A DNA stretch of 64,000 nucleotides, from positions 1,116,001 through 1,180,000 of the forward strand of contig CM030338.1 of the NCBI GenBank assembly GCA_017654855.1. Direction: 5' to 3'. Shown here in pieces: positions 32,622 to 45,148 of the stretch (positions are counted from its first letter, which is position 1; the number at the start of each line of letters is the position of its first letter). The DNA comes from Podospora anserina (lineage: Eukaryota). The notes below the pieces were generated by a model. That model was not told the DNA's origin. It made no database searches and saw nothing but the letters and a program-made list of their open reading frames with translations. The translations under genes and the position numbers were made by a program.

Positions 32622-35600
32622 ATAACGCATACGACAGAACATACTACACATATCGAATCATTTACACCCAATACCCTATAATACCCCCTTCCACCACATA
32701 CATTTCCTTTGTTTTTATTGGGCATCATACTAGAGGATCAAAACAAATTGCCACGGGCGACCAGGGCGAGGCCAGACGGACCACAGTTTCTTGTTTAGGG
32801 CGGGAGGAGAAAGAAAATTCAAAAGATGTTTTTGGCTTTATTTTTCTAACTGTCGTTTGTTTCTTTTGTCTTTTTGGTAGCATTTTGGAAGCGCGGGGTT
32901 TCTTGATGGGTTCTTTTTGGGTTTTGGGTTTTCTATTATCAAACTTGTTGTAATACCCACCGCACAGCATATAGCATTCCTTTTTTTCTGTCTGTATAAA
33001 TTTTTTTTTGTTGAATATCAAGTTTCTAATCATCATAACACCACCACCTGCACATATTCAGCCTTTTGTTCAGTTATGTACAATCCTTTTTTTGGGGGGG
33101 GGTTTTTTTCTGTTTTTTACATATATTCGCGGAGAGAGGAGGTACGGTGGGAGGAGGAATAATTGTCTTTTTGGGCTACTATGCCAATGAAAGCTTAGCT
33201 GGGGAGGATTGGGTGGGTTTTCTCTTTTTTGGACACACGGGCGTTGGATTAGGAAAAGTTGGAGCAGCAGTAGAAAGTGTGCGTGTGTTCCTGCAAGAAG
33301 TTTCACCGATTGGACAATGTTTTCTCCTTGGTTTCTTGCCTCTGATTTGTCTGCTTTAATTTTGACAAGTTCGGTTCAAAGAGGAGGAGGCTGGGAGGAG
33401 GCTGGGAGGGGAAGAGCAAGGTTTCAGGGGGGAGCAGCCGGCGAGCATATTCAATACCAAGATTGTTTTTATCATTGTTGTTCAAGTTCTATTCGTTGGA
33501 TACCCGACAGGATACAAAGTCAACAGACGGCCGAGGTGGGAGGTTGGGCGGGGGCTACAGGCAGCGGTAGAATGCAAACTGCATGTGTATATGTATGTTT
33601 ACATACTGCATGCCTGTCTGTGAGGGGGAGGAGGCTGGAGCTGTATCCAATGGGGATATATAATAGGGTAGTAGCACGCGGCCAGCGCGAAGCTGTGGTT
33701 TGCTGTTCGGCCGTGATCTCTCAAAGCAGCAGCTGCAAGATAGAGCTTTGAGAAGCAAAGCTACTGTTACAGTACATGTACATATATTTGGTACATTGCA
33801 CACATTATTGTATATCTAGTTGCAACCGCCAAAAAGTAAATCAAGAATGTCCAAAGGATCAGAACAGCCACAAAGCTAGTTACATGCCTAATTAGGTAGG
33901 ATCAAAGTGCGGAAATAATAAAACGTCAAGGTTGACCGGTGGTCTACACATCAAACTGTGGCTTAAGAGTTGTTGTTGTCCATGCATTCGGATGCCAGAT
34001 GATAAAATCCCCGATTACCGCGCTTAAATGATTCGACATAGGCGCCGTTTTATACCCCCCTTCCCCCCACCACACCCACCTTCACACGAATCCAACGTGC
34101 ATGTTTTGGGCGAGCGCGGGTGATGGAGGGTGGTGTTGCAGTTTCGCCAGGCTGCAGAAAGTGCAGAAAAAAAATGTAGGTATTGTATGTGTGAGTATGA
34201 ATTGTGCTGCTGCTGCTGCTGCAACACCAGAGTTACGTTGCCTTTTCACCCATCCACAGACACACACAAACTGCTGAGCCGCAGCCTCTTTCTGCTGCAA
34301 CATATGCAAGAAGGCTTGCCTCGCCTTGTCAAACCGTTGTTCCCCCCATCCCCCCGATTTACCCTTTTCAGCATCATGGTGTGTTCCAACACACACCTAT
34401 GTGACACCCCACCCCCGCCTTGGGCCTCCAGCATAACACCTCCTCCTCCAAAAGATGGTGTGTAAGAAACCGTCTGGTCGGGCGAGGTGAGGAAGGGAAG
34501 ACCGGGCAAAACAAGGTTGGGGTGTACAGTACTACTAATCCTGGGTGATCCATGAGATGGTGGCTACCGGTCAACACACCCATCACCGGTCACCACCCAT
34601 TCCTTCCTTCCTTCCCCCCACCACCGCCGCCGCCTCGCAGAAAGCTAGGTCTCGAACAAGACGACCCTGTGGCGCATTGTGTTGTTCCAGAGTTTCTTGG
34701 CTCGTCTTGTTCACAATCTCATCATTTTCCCACTCGCCGCGTCTGACGATAGTTTTTTGCCATTGGCCGTGTATAAGCGACCGCAGCAAATAAACCATTT
34801 GCATGAAATGAAGGTATTCCATTCGTCACAACCTCCTTGTCACGCCATCATTGATACGAACCGCTTGTACTCGGTTGCTACCGGGCTCAGTAAGAAATCC
34901 GCCGGTTTCTGTAGCGATATGCCCTCTCGCCATTGAATACCTCCACTCCACCGCATCTCGTCGGTTAGTTGCATGGCATAACGGCACATGGCGAGTTAGA
35001 TATTCGACAGGCTGGGCTAATTGGAACAAGAGAAACGGCTGGCTTTTTGGTCGTGTCGGTCGAATCAGAGACGAAAGGATGCAATATCCTTTTTGAGCCA
35101 GTTGAAACTCACTCGCGAGAAATCAACCGTGGGCGGGTCGACTCGTAGCGTCGATCCAACGTCCACAAGTGGAAGCGCTATTAGATTGTGGATACGACAG
35201 TGATAGGAAGAAGCAAGAACATCGACCAGTCAACCAAAAGAAGACGCCGTTGTGCATCTTGGCTGAGTCGAAGCTTGCGTATACTCTCCTTTTACAGGCG
35301 CGGAAAGCAAGGTGGTATTCCATTTCCGTCTCTGCAGGATCTCCATCTCACACCCATGTCTCATCTCGGTGTCTTCATCGTGGGGTTCTTCAGCGATGAA
35401 GAAAGTCACCCGACTCATCAAGGTTCCTAGCATGTGGATTGTTCCACCGTTTCGAGGTGCCATTGCTGAGGCGGTGTTGTTCGAAATGACATGATCTTGA
35501 CAAGCTGGGCGTCAGCCAACCGGGCTAAATTTTTGGCGGCTGCCAATCACGGTATGTCGAGATTTCAATATCCGAAACAGGCGCAAAAGTACGAGGGTGA

Positions 35601-37143
35601 GCCGGAATAGAGTGCCTTGTTACTTCGGAGCTTGTCATATCGGTGTAACACTCTCGAATTTGCGGTGGATGGTGGCGGTGACCGCTACCGAAGGTTGGAC
35701 ATTCTGTTTTATTCATTGTCACCTCAAGGTGTTGGTCATAAGTGATTGGGAAATGAGAGTACATCAGTCAGGAAGGTAGAGAGTAGACCGTGATCCTTGA
35801 GTGTTTTGCGTAAATGATAGCCGAGCATGTTTGACAGAATACTGGACTAAAAATCGATAGGTGCGCGGGATGATGGCTTGTGAGGGTTGCTCGCTACCTC
35901 AAGGCCGTCCGAGTATCGTCTGGGGCCTGTGGAAGTGTAGCAGTCCTTGTCTTTCTGTCCCAAACGTTGCAAAACAGTGCCGTACCGGCAAGTTCGATCT
36001 CGGTAAATCGGAGGCGACGTTGCAACGAAACCGGCAGTCTGCCCAAATTCAGTCGACATCGCGAGATAAACAGCGCGTTTTTGAGATTGCTGTTGACACC
36101 ATCGAAGACCGTTGTAACTCTTCGAATCTTGTCATTGTCCCTACCGACTTTTCCTCCTCGCACTGGAGAAACGGAGCGTGGTGCTTCTGCGGGTCCTCGT
36201 CCATGGAAGGAGAAGGTTGCCCTGGGCCTTCATCATATGACGAATTGGGCCAAGGAAGCCATAGAATAGCACCGAAAAAGAAAGAAAAATCGATTCACAA
36301 GTCTTTGGTTGTCATCTGGGGAGCGAGTCAGCGATGTAACATCACCATAGGATTACCGAGGTGTCCACCGCCAGATGATACTGGAGACGGTGAGAAGACT
36401 TACTCGGCGGGACAAGATAGCGGTGTGTACTGAAATGTATCGAACTGAACTGGCGTTGAAGCCCAATACAGTGCGGTGGTAAGCAGTGTGTCTGCACCCA
36501 ATGGTGTGGTTGAGGGAGGCACAGTCGTTGCTCCCTCACCCATGTTGGGGTTACATGATCCGACCTGTCGGGTTTGGGCTTGTACATGGGTCAGTCATGG
36601 CCACGGGACGTTGATCCGGATCGGTGGGACGATTCAGCGACCAAAGGGGGAATTGGAATTTAATGCAAAGGTTGTTTCAAGCAGTGAAAGTGGGAGCTGA
36701 GAAACGGTGATAAGATATCCTTGGCGATAGCAATGCAATGCAACAGCAACTGCCGAGCCCAAGTGGATTTCAACTGGCCTTGGAGGGCTGAGAGGGGGAT
36801 TGAGAAGGGGACATTGTGATAGCTTAGGGATGAAAAGAAGAAGAAGGGGACTGTGTAATAGAAGCTCGATGGGCAGCGCAATTTTTGAAACCCCATCTGA
36901 AGTCTTTGCACAAGATAGATGGATGAAAGGTTCAGTTGATAGTTGAAGATGGTGACGCTGATGAAGTGTGGGGGTTAGCCTTGTGCCACATGCAGGAGCA
37001 GGGATAAGCCACAGTTGAGCCGCTCCACTTTCTGACCTCACTCGAACCGTCCAAAGTTTATCGCTGCTAGCTATTGGGCCAAGAAATATCAACGAGGTCG
37101 TCAACCATCTGCCATTGTTGCGCCGGGGAAAAGGACAGCAATA

Positions 37144-38394
37144 ATGGCAGACTCACCACGCTCGCCCAAGAGGCGGCGTATTCTCGCCTCAATCAACCGC
37201 CCAGATCACGATGCCGGCAGCGATAGCGATGAATACGGCCCAAGACCAGCGGGCCAACCAAGCAAGACGCATCGCGATATGCCCCGCCATAAATCAACCC
37301 CTCCAGGCGAGGAACCACCAGACGCCAAAGATGAACCGCATCAGTCAGAGAAACAGGACGATCCTATGCCTACAGATGGCTCAAACCATACCCCAGAAGC
37401 AGACGGCAACTCTACGAAGCCGAAATCCACCAAATTCCGCTTCAAATCCAAGCCCTCCCGCTCCCGCCGAGATCGCGATAAAGACAGGGAGGAAAGGGAT
37501 CTCGACAGAGACAAACGCAGATCCAGCTCCAGAGACCGCACCTCCTCGCAATCCCACCGCCACCGTCACAGCTCCCGCTCCCCCTCCGACAAACACCGCC
37601 GCTCCTCCCACCGTCACCACCACCACCACCGCTCCTCCCGCCGCCGCCGGCCCCCCTCCCCCCAACAACCCGACCCCTTTGCCCCGGACCCTCTAGATCC
37701 AGAAACCGCCTTCCGCGAATCCCTCTTCGACGCCATGGCCGACGACGAAGGCGCCGCATACTGGGAAGCCATCTACGGCCAGCCAATCCACATTTATTCC
37801 AACCCCGAACATGTCAACCCCGCCACCGGCCACCTAGAAAAGATGACAGACGAGGAATACGCCGAGTATGTCCGTCAGAAGATGTGGGAGAAGACTCATG
37901 CTGGCCTGTTGGAAGAACGGGAGAAGCGCAAAAAGCAAAAAGAGGAACAGGCCAAGAAGGACGAAGAAAGAAGGAGGATAGAAAAAGAAATGGAGAGGAG
38001 TTTTATACGAGGGGAGGAGAGGCGGTTGAAACGGTCATGGAGGACGAGGTTTGAGAGGTATCTACAGAAATGGGAGGAGTGGGTTAAAGATGCTGCGCCG
38101 GGGGCGGAGAAGATTCCTTGGCCGATTGGAGTGGAGAGGGATGAGGAGGGGGGGTTTAGGGCGGGGGAGGTGAGGACCTTTTTTGTGAATGGGCTGGGGC
38201 TGGAGGAGACTGGGGAGAAGGAGTTTGTGGCTAGGTTGAAGGAGGAGAGGGTGAGGTGGCATCCGGATAAGATACAGCAGCGGTTGTTGGGGGGGTCGGG
38301 GACGGTGGATAAGGGGGTTATGAGGGATGTCACGGCGGTTTTTCAGGTTGTGGATGGGTTGTGGGGGGAGCTGAGGAGGAATATGGGGAAGTGA
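37144..38394 (+). CDS. NFKBIL1-like fungal protein with C-terminal J-domain-like WHPDK motif
   Basis: 416 aa single ORF with an RS/His-rich region, AFRESLFDAMADDEGAAYWEAIYGQPIH, MTDEEYAEYVRQKMWE, a coiled coil, IPWP and LKEERVRWHPDK. Confidence 0.75.
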   Translation: MADSPRSPKRRRILASINRPDHDAGSDSDEYGPRPAGQPSKTHRDMPRHKSTPPGEEPPDAKDEPHQSEKQDDPMPTDGSNHTPEADGNSTKPKSTKFRFKSKPSRSRRDRDKDREERDLDRDKRRSSSRDRTSSQSHRHRHSSRSPSDKHRRSSHRHHHHHRSSRRRRPPSPQQPDPFAPDPLDPETAFRESLFDAMADDEGAAYWEAIYGQPIHIYSNPEHVNPATGHLEKMTDEEYAEYVRQKMWEKTHAGLLEEREKRKKQKEEQAKKDEERRRIEKEMERSFIRGEERRLKRSWRTRFERYLQKWEEWVKDAAPGAEKIPWPIGVERDEEGGFRAGEVRTFFVNGLGLEETGEKEFVARLKEERVRWHPDKIQQRLLGGSGTVDKGVMRDVTAVFQVVDGLWGELRRNMGK

Positions 38395-38669
38395 CATTAT
38401 GTTATGGGATGGCGATAGGCGTTTTTGGGCTATTATACCGGTTATGAGGTGTTGAAGACTTAATGATCAAGGTTGCTAATGATACCATAGGGGTGTTAGA
38501 TTATGATAATAGAGATTAGGAGGTGCAGGAAGGTTTGGAAGTTGTGAGATTGTACCATCGAATTGATACTGTGTTAGTGTTAGACAGTGAGGAACGAGCA
38601 AAAAGCAGAAACGTGAGAGGCCATAGGATTCGTTGATAAAAAAGAAATAAAAACGAAAAAGGGCTAAAA

Positions 38670-38788
38670 ACATACAACACCAGGGATTCCCCAGTGGTCA
38701 CCCACCTGGGTACTGGTCTGGCCCTTGACAGGTTATCGAGGGGAGAACGGACGGGATCCCGAGTTTTCTGCCAGGTATGGTCGTATGT
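38670..38788 (-). rRNA. Dispersed 5S rRNA gene
   Basis: The minus strand reads ACATACGACCATACC..GGGATCCCGTCCG..GAATCCCTGGTGTTGTATGT (119 nt) with paired termini and a downstream T-run. An ACATAAG TATA-like element lies at about -25 to -30. Confidence 0.97.
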
Positions 38789-40090
38789 GATAGTTGTAGT
38801 TGATTTTGGAGCTTATGTAGCAAACAATGACTAATCATGGCATATATGCGCGCTTTGGACTTAAGGTGTATTAGCGGCAGGGCAAGTAACACATGCAGCT
38901 CTGCTCTAGTGTGAAGTGTTGGAAATACTTATCATGTCCGCTTATATCTTTGAGGAACTGTTGTTGACTACCTGTTATCTACTTTGAAAGGCATTCTCAC
39001 CAAGGTATCCTTCACTGCCATCCGTCTGTGTGTTTATCTTGCTTTTTCTTTTCTTCTGGTGATTTCAGCAGTACCTGCCTCTTGCCAAACGTCGAGGTTT
39101 CTGTAGGCAGGTATTCTACCTAACTTGACCTCGCTACCTCCTTCTGCTGTGACCTGTGGGAATGTCTACTCAGGTGCAGTGCAAGTAAACAAGCATAAAG
39201 CACCCGGACAACCCCACTAAATTTGCTGACAGTCCATGTCTCACCTCCTCTGTCTCTCCCCCCCCCCGGGTTCCGTATTTTTCCAGCTGTTTCTCATGTG
39301 TCAAATGTCTCCGATTTTCTTTATTCTCCGGTCCGGTGTCTGTGTGTTTGTTCTGTTGTGTTTGGGTTCGAGATTTTTTATGTATTATGCCGAATTCCAG
39401 AGGTACCCAACATAGGATTGTGGGAGCACATTCACAGGACACAACAGTCAACTGTGCTTATACCACCTAGCAATTGACGGGAGGCAGTTTGATTGCCTTG
39501 GTACTGTTGTGACATATACTGAGGGACGATCCCCTCGTAAATATATCAGGTTGAGAGGGAAACATTTGTCTGACTCTGTTTTGTTTCGTCTAACAACCGA
39601 GAGTCAATGACGTACAATAATCAGCTGTCTGCGGCCGCCCCAAGGGTTCTGAGATGCCCTGCATCATCCCTCATCTGGACTTCACATTTCATCTGATTCA
39701 AGCCGACGAAGCCGTGTGATTCAAGTGAAATCTGTATTTGGTATAAAAGACTAAAAATCATGGCACAGTTGTAACAAAAAACAACAAAAAAGTAACCCTA
39801 GTACCAGGATCCAGATTCACACAAAGAACCTTAAACCAAGTAAACCAGATATCACTGAACACAAAAAGAAATACCCGTCGATTAATTGCTCATGCTAGCA
39901 AACCCCTCATTCCCAGATCCCTCCAAATTTCCAAAGCGATCTTGTTGCTGTGTTCTGTCCAGCACCTGTCCATTATTGAAAACCTGCCAGCATTGAACCC
40001 CCCTCCCCTCCCCACCGCCCAAAACCCCAAAAGCATTAATGTTGTTACAGAAGGCTCCATCCATGTACACCGTAAGTCACTTTGACTGAT

Positions 40091-40603
40091 TTAAAAGTTG
40101 GCCAAGAGGGCGGCACCACCAAAGAGGGCACCCATGGCGACGGCGGCCGTCTGTTGAGGGCCGGCGTTGGTGGCAGAGCTGGAGGCAGACCCGGCAGCCT
40201 CGGTGGCGGAGCTGACACGGGAAGCGACGGTAGAGGTGTAGCCGGCCAGCTCCGAGGTGAGGGAATCTCTGTCGGCGCCGGTGGCAGTGGCGATGGCAGA
40301 GCTGAAGCTGGAGAGCACAGAGTCGGCGCTGGTGCTGATGGAGTTGAGCTCTGACTCGGCAGAGGTGCTCACCGACTCAAGGGCAGAGCTGACGACGGAG
40401 GAGACAGAGGCCGCGCTGGAAGCAATGGACGAGATAGCGGCGGTGTCTGTGGGGTCGATGCTGGTGGTGTCGACAACGGTGGTGGTGTCTTGGGCCTAAT
40501 GCCAGGTGTGTTAGCACTGCGTACATGATGCATAGGAGAAGCGTGGTCAGGCACATACAGCAACAAGGGCAGCAAAGCCGGCGAGGATAGGAGCGAAACG
40601 CAT
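40091..40603 (-). CDS. Small secreted Ser/Thr/Ala-rich GPI-anchored cell-wall protein (149 aa)
   Basis: Exon 1 40603-40559 (signal peptide MRFAPILAGFAALVA), intron 40558-40496 (GTATGT..GCTAAC..TAG), exon 2 40495-40091. The C-terminal SSSATNAG plus hydrophobic tail AAVAMGALFGGAALLANF fits a GPI signal. Confidence 0.88.
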
Positions 40604-41807
40604 GTTGGCGGTTGTGAAGGGTTGGTGATCAAAGTGTTGGTTAGGCTTTTTGCGAGGTAAAGCGACAAAAGACAACAACTCGACAGAACGAGGGATAGCA
40701 GGGTGAGGCAGACGGGTGAATTGTGGGATGGAAAGTCCTAGTGAGGTCAGATGCTCAGAGGACCTACTTATATGTGTCTCTCGCATGACCCGAGACGTAC
40801 GCGGCGTACCGTACATGCATCTCGATCGGCCGCCAGCCAGCTGCAGGTCCCTTTGTCATAGAGTTTGGGTTTGACCGAGCCTTTACCGATCAACCTTGGG
40901 ATGGAATGCGTGTGGGCTCGGTAACCCAGCAACCCGCCGCTACGTCTGTGGTGCGGCGATCCAGACCAGACACTGTCTTGGCCATTGGCACATGCAGGGC
41001 GCATCACTGTGCGCAATGGGGCGCTAGGGATACGCAAGCCCAGTGGCCGGACGGGCGTCCACCAGGTCCGTCGTGGGTAGCCCGTTGTACCGAATATCCA
41101 CCGTTGCTCTGCCGTGCGACCAAGGCGATGGGCCTGGATAGCTTGGACTGCCCTTGAGTAATGTCATCATTGCGGGGAGCTTTCGGTTTCAAGGTCCGTC
41201 ACCGGCCGTCTTTTCTTGTCCTGTCGTGGCTACGGGATGTGTGTCTCCCTGTCGGAGAATCCGCCTCCTTTTGCGGTGGCTGGCATCATGGAGCTGTACG
41301 CAATCCTAGCTTGGAAATGCAGGTGATGCTGAGATGGAAGATTCTCCTGAAATCTTGGTTCGGTAGTGCAGAGGTGCGGGTGATGTTCCCAGATTTCCCT
41401 GCTTTGTCGTCGTCGGCTCCGTCTTTGCTCCACCCATCTCCGGCAGCCTCAGCCGTGCCCCCCGGGAGGCAGGGGTCCCAACTTTATTTTGACCCCTCAT
41501 CCATCTCCACACCAGCTCGTCAACGTTTCCACCTTTGCCGTCAATTCCGTTCACTTCATCCATGATGTCACCGCGATGGTATCAAAGTTGGGGAGATATT
41601 AGTTCATATTTTTCTTCTTGAGAATTCGATCTGCTCTGCAGCCATCCAGCTCGTGTATGGCAACGCCTCAACAAAGTGGAAACGCAGGCAAGGGGTCATC
41701 GCACAGTCCATTGTGAGCCAATGAGTTGGAAAATTCCGGCTAGCTGCTGGCTGTGTAGCATAGACGCATGGCGGTGTTGCCTGTGCGGTCCGAGCTATTC
41801 ATCAAGC

Positions 41808-44355
41808 TCAGACTTCTCGGTATGGCGAAATGCCCTTCTTGAGTTCTTGAACAATCTCTGCCGCGGATTCCGGGCTGCTGGTCACAAAGTCGTACCTCTT
41901 GCTCTCGGTAGACTTGTACACCACGAGCTAGCGGTCAAAAGGGTTAGTTGGTGGCTCGCCAAACACAGGAGCTCCACACCTGGCCTCGTCACATACCTTG
42001 AAATTGGTCGGGTGCTTGCGTGAAACCTTGCAGCCCACCACATTGCTGAAGTGGATGGATGTCATCTTTGAATCGAGATCCCCGCTCTTGGTGCCAGAGG
42101 CTGGCATGATGTGGACATGCTCACTGTCAATGGCAAACAGCTTCTCTGACAGCAACCGCATCGGCTGCTTCCGCCAAACTGTGTACTTTCTGACCTGGGT
42201 GCTGAGTCCAAGCTCATCCTGCTTCAGGACCTCCTTTGCCAATGGATGGGTACCCAAAAGCTTGGATTTCTTCGCCTTGGTCCAGCTGGAGTTATCAGAA
42301 AACAGAACCGGCCTAGGTGACGAGCTGCTTGGCGAACCCGTCATGGTGAGCGGCCCGTCTGTGGCAAAGCGCCGACGGTACAGATCTAATTCTGTGATAT
42401 TGCCCAACGAAGCGACCGTTCGGTCAAGCATCACCACGGTGCCGGTATTCGGAACCTTCAACACATGATTGGCCTTGTCTAGCTGGCGTTTTCTACACGC
42501 CGTGTCCAGAACTTCGGCTAACCACGTTTCGGTGCTGACGTCGAGTGTGAGCATCTGCCCTGGTGCAGCATCTGACGAGTGAATGTGAATGCGAAGGAGC
42601 CTCTTCTCACCGCGGGACGCAGGTGCGGTAGGCTGGGTAGATTGAGGCACATCGGCGAACATGGTGCCTGCCTTGTATCCCGTGTTGAGGACGGGGTTCT
42701 CTCTAGGCGGCGCGGGAGCACCCAAGACGGCCTCGGGTCGGGGCGTGCCCTTGGGAGTAAGGTCCTTGTCCTCCTCTTCGCCGCCGGCTTCTTGCTCGAA
42801 CTGCGGTGTCACCCGCTGGTTCTCTTCAAATTCATCCTGTGAAGCTTGCGACAAAGCAAAAATGTCGTAGACTTTGGAAGCTGAACGGGCTCTTCCGGCC
42901 CTGTTGTTCGCTGTTGTGAATGAGGTGAGCTGCTTTTTGCGCTCCAAGGGTGGGAAGTCATCATCGACCTCGCCATCTTCCTCAACCATTCGTAAAGTCC
43001 ACCAGTTCACATTGAGCTTGTCGCTGGGAAGTGGTGGCTCCAGCTTTTCTTCGTTATATCGCCACAAGCTCAAACCAATTAGGTCGGCAACCGTTACGGC
43101 TCGGTCGCCGCCTTCTCCCTCATGAACCGTCCGCCGAATAAGAACCTCGAATGGTTTTGAGGGCTGCTTCGAAAATGGGGCATAAATGCGCAGCATGATG
43201 GGATTCGGGTCTCCCTGACCAGAAAGCGAGGCAAATCCATCGAACGGCAGGGTTGGCTTCGTCTTCTTGGCTTTCAGAGCTGCGGATAACAAACTCTTCG
43301 GCTGGATCATGCTGATGGGCCGAATTGTGCTCAACGGACGGGGTGGTGGTAGATCGCCCACCGGTAAGTGTAGAGGCAAGGGCATTGCCGACTTCCGTAT
43401 CGTCATCCTTCGCGTGAACTCCCTGGGTGGTGTGCCCACAACCTGTTCCCGAAGCGAAGCGTTCATAGGGTTCTTCACAGCCTCCAAAATGGATGCTGAG
43501 TCGATGCTCTCAATGAAAGCCAAAGACATATCCGAGGCATCAGAATCGGACTCCGCCTCTTCCTCGAGAAGTTCACTTCCCTGTCTCTTGATGCCCTCGG
43601 TGGGCTCGGTGAGCTTGACCGACAGCTTGGCGGCTCTAGCTGCCGCTTGTCGGGCGGCTTCCCTGTGCCTGTGATAACCTAATGACTCAAATTCATTCTC
43701 CGAAGAGACCTCACTACTCGTCACCGTGTCGCGTCTAGCCCGTTCTTTGACAGTTTCGAGAGCGGACTGCGAGCCTCTCCTTGGGACAGGGCGAGCAGGT
43801 GAAACGGTGGTCATCTGCCGTAGGTTGGATGATTGCAGAGGAGAGGATCCTGATCGGTTGCGCACAGGCATCTTCGCAAATTTTATCTGCTGAGCAGCAC
43901 GTTGATCAGGCTCATCATCGCTTTCATCGCTAAGATCGCTGCTGTCATCTTCCTCCATTTGCTCACGCCGGCGCCGCCGTTTCGTCGCTAGACTTGGCCC
44001 AAGTGTCTCCGGAACACCACCTGGAAACAAGCCATTTTCTTCGCCCTCATCTTCCAGCGTTAGTCCAGCCGCCTTGGGGGCCTGGAAATACTCGGAAGCA
44101 ATGGCCGTTGGAATCGGAGGCGAATGAGTCCTCTTGATGAGAGCGGGATTTGGGCGCCATCCTGCCGATTTGAAAGGTGCTGAATTGAGGAAGTTCTCGT
44201 TCAAAGTGAAAAGACGCTCGCCAACTCCATCAGCGATATCGTTCAAGTAGCTGGTTCGGAGTTGGTACAAGACCAAACTGAGAGTATGTCAGCTTAATTT
44301 GCAGGTAGAAACCTTTTGTATGAGGTACACACTCTTCGACTTGAATGACAGACAT
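41808..44355 (-). CDS. SIN1: TORC2 subunit Sin1/Avo1 (SAPK-interacting protein)
   Basis: Exons 44355-44333, 44277-41997, 41927-41808. Introns GTGTGT..GCTGAC..CAG and GTATGT..ACTAAC..TAG. N-terminus MSVIQVEDLVLYQLRTSYL, CRIM domain (TVADLIGLSLWRY..WTLRMVEEDGEVDDDFPPL) and C-terminal PH domain (YTVWRKQPM..KRYDF). Confidence 0.9.
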
Positions 44356-45025
44356 GTTGGTTGTGAGAAGGTCGTGGCAGGCGAGGCAGTGTTGGGTTTC
44401 ACTCTCCAGGCGTGACTTTGATGATTTCAGGTCGGCAACGAAGATTGATATACGCCCAGGTAGCAAGATAGATTAAAATATGAAGATATCCAGCGTGGTG
44501 GGGGAGGGGAGCAACGCAGGAAGCTGGCCGATTGGTGAAAGACGGTGAAACAAGCAGGTGATTAGGAGGTTCGCCCCGCCAAAGGTAGTGAATAGAGAAC
44601 CCGTCAGGATCAGATGAACACCCAAAATGAAAACGTATTTTCTAATCGCCGAGTATACTGCCAGAGCAACCGGTGACGATAAGAAGTCGAAGTGAGAAGT
44701 GACTGAGCAGTTGTCAGTTGGATGATGCTTGGTGAGGTGTATGGCCCGCTCACCCCCCAGGGTCCCAGATGCTTGGCGCATTTGTCACGGCGACAGAGAG
44801 CCCCACCGAAGCCGAAACAGGGATAATTGTGGTTTCTCAGTGATAGCAGACCGAGGTGCTGGAGGGGTTGCTTTGTAACAAGTTTATATAAGGTTGCTTT
44901 GCAAGAGTTTAATTACATACAATCATTTCGGCAGGAGATAAACCGCTTAGGAGGATACTTTGATTGATTGTCAGTCAAGAGAGACAACCGAGTCGTCGTT
45001 GCACTGTGGGTGGAGCTTGCCAAGG

Positions 45026-45037
45026 CTTATCGATAAG
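45026..45037. promoter_or_regulatory. Palindromic double-GATA element CTTATCGATAAG
   Basis: Perfect 12-bp palindrome about 110 nt upstream of the PRCC-like ATG, in the divergent SIN1/PRCC promoter. Confidence 0.5.
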
Positions 45038-45148
45038 GTAGCCGCGCCTCTGACGGTCGCAGAAGCAATCAACTGTTTGCCTCCTACAAACCCAAACCCC
45101 AAATTTCAATCATCGTCATCGGCACGCAAACGACATCATTTGATCAAT

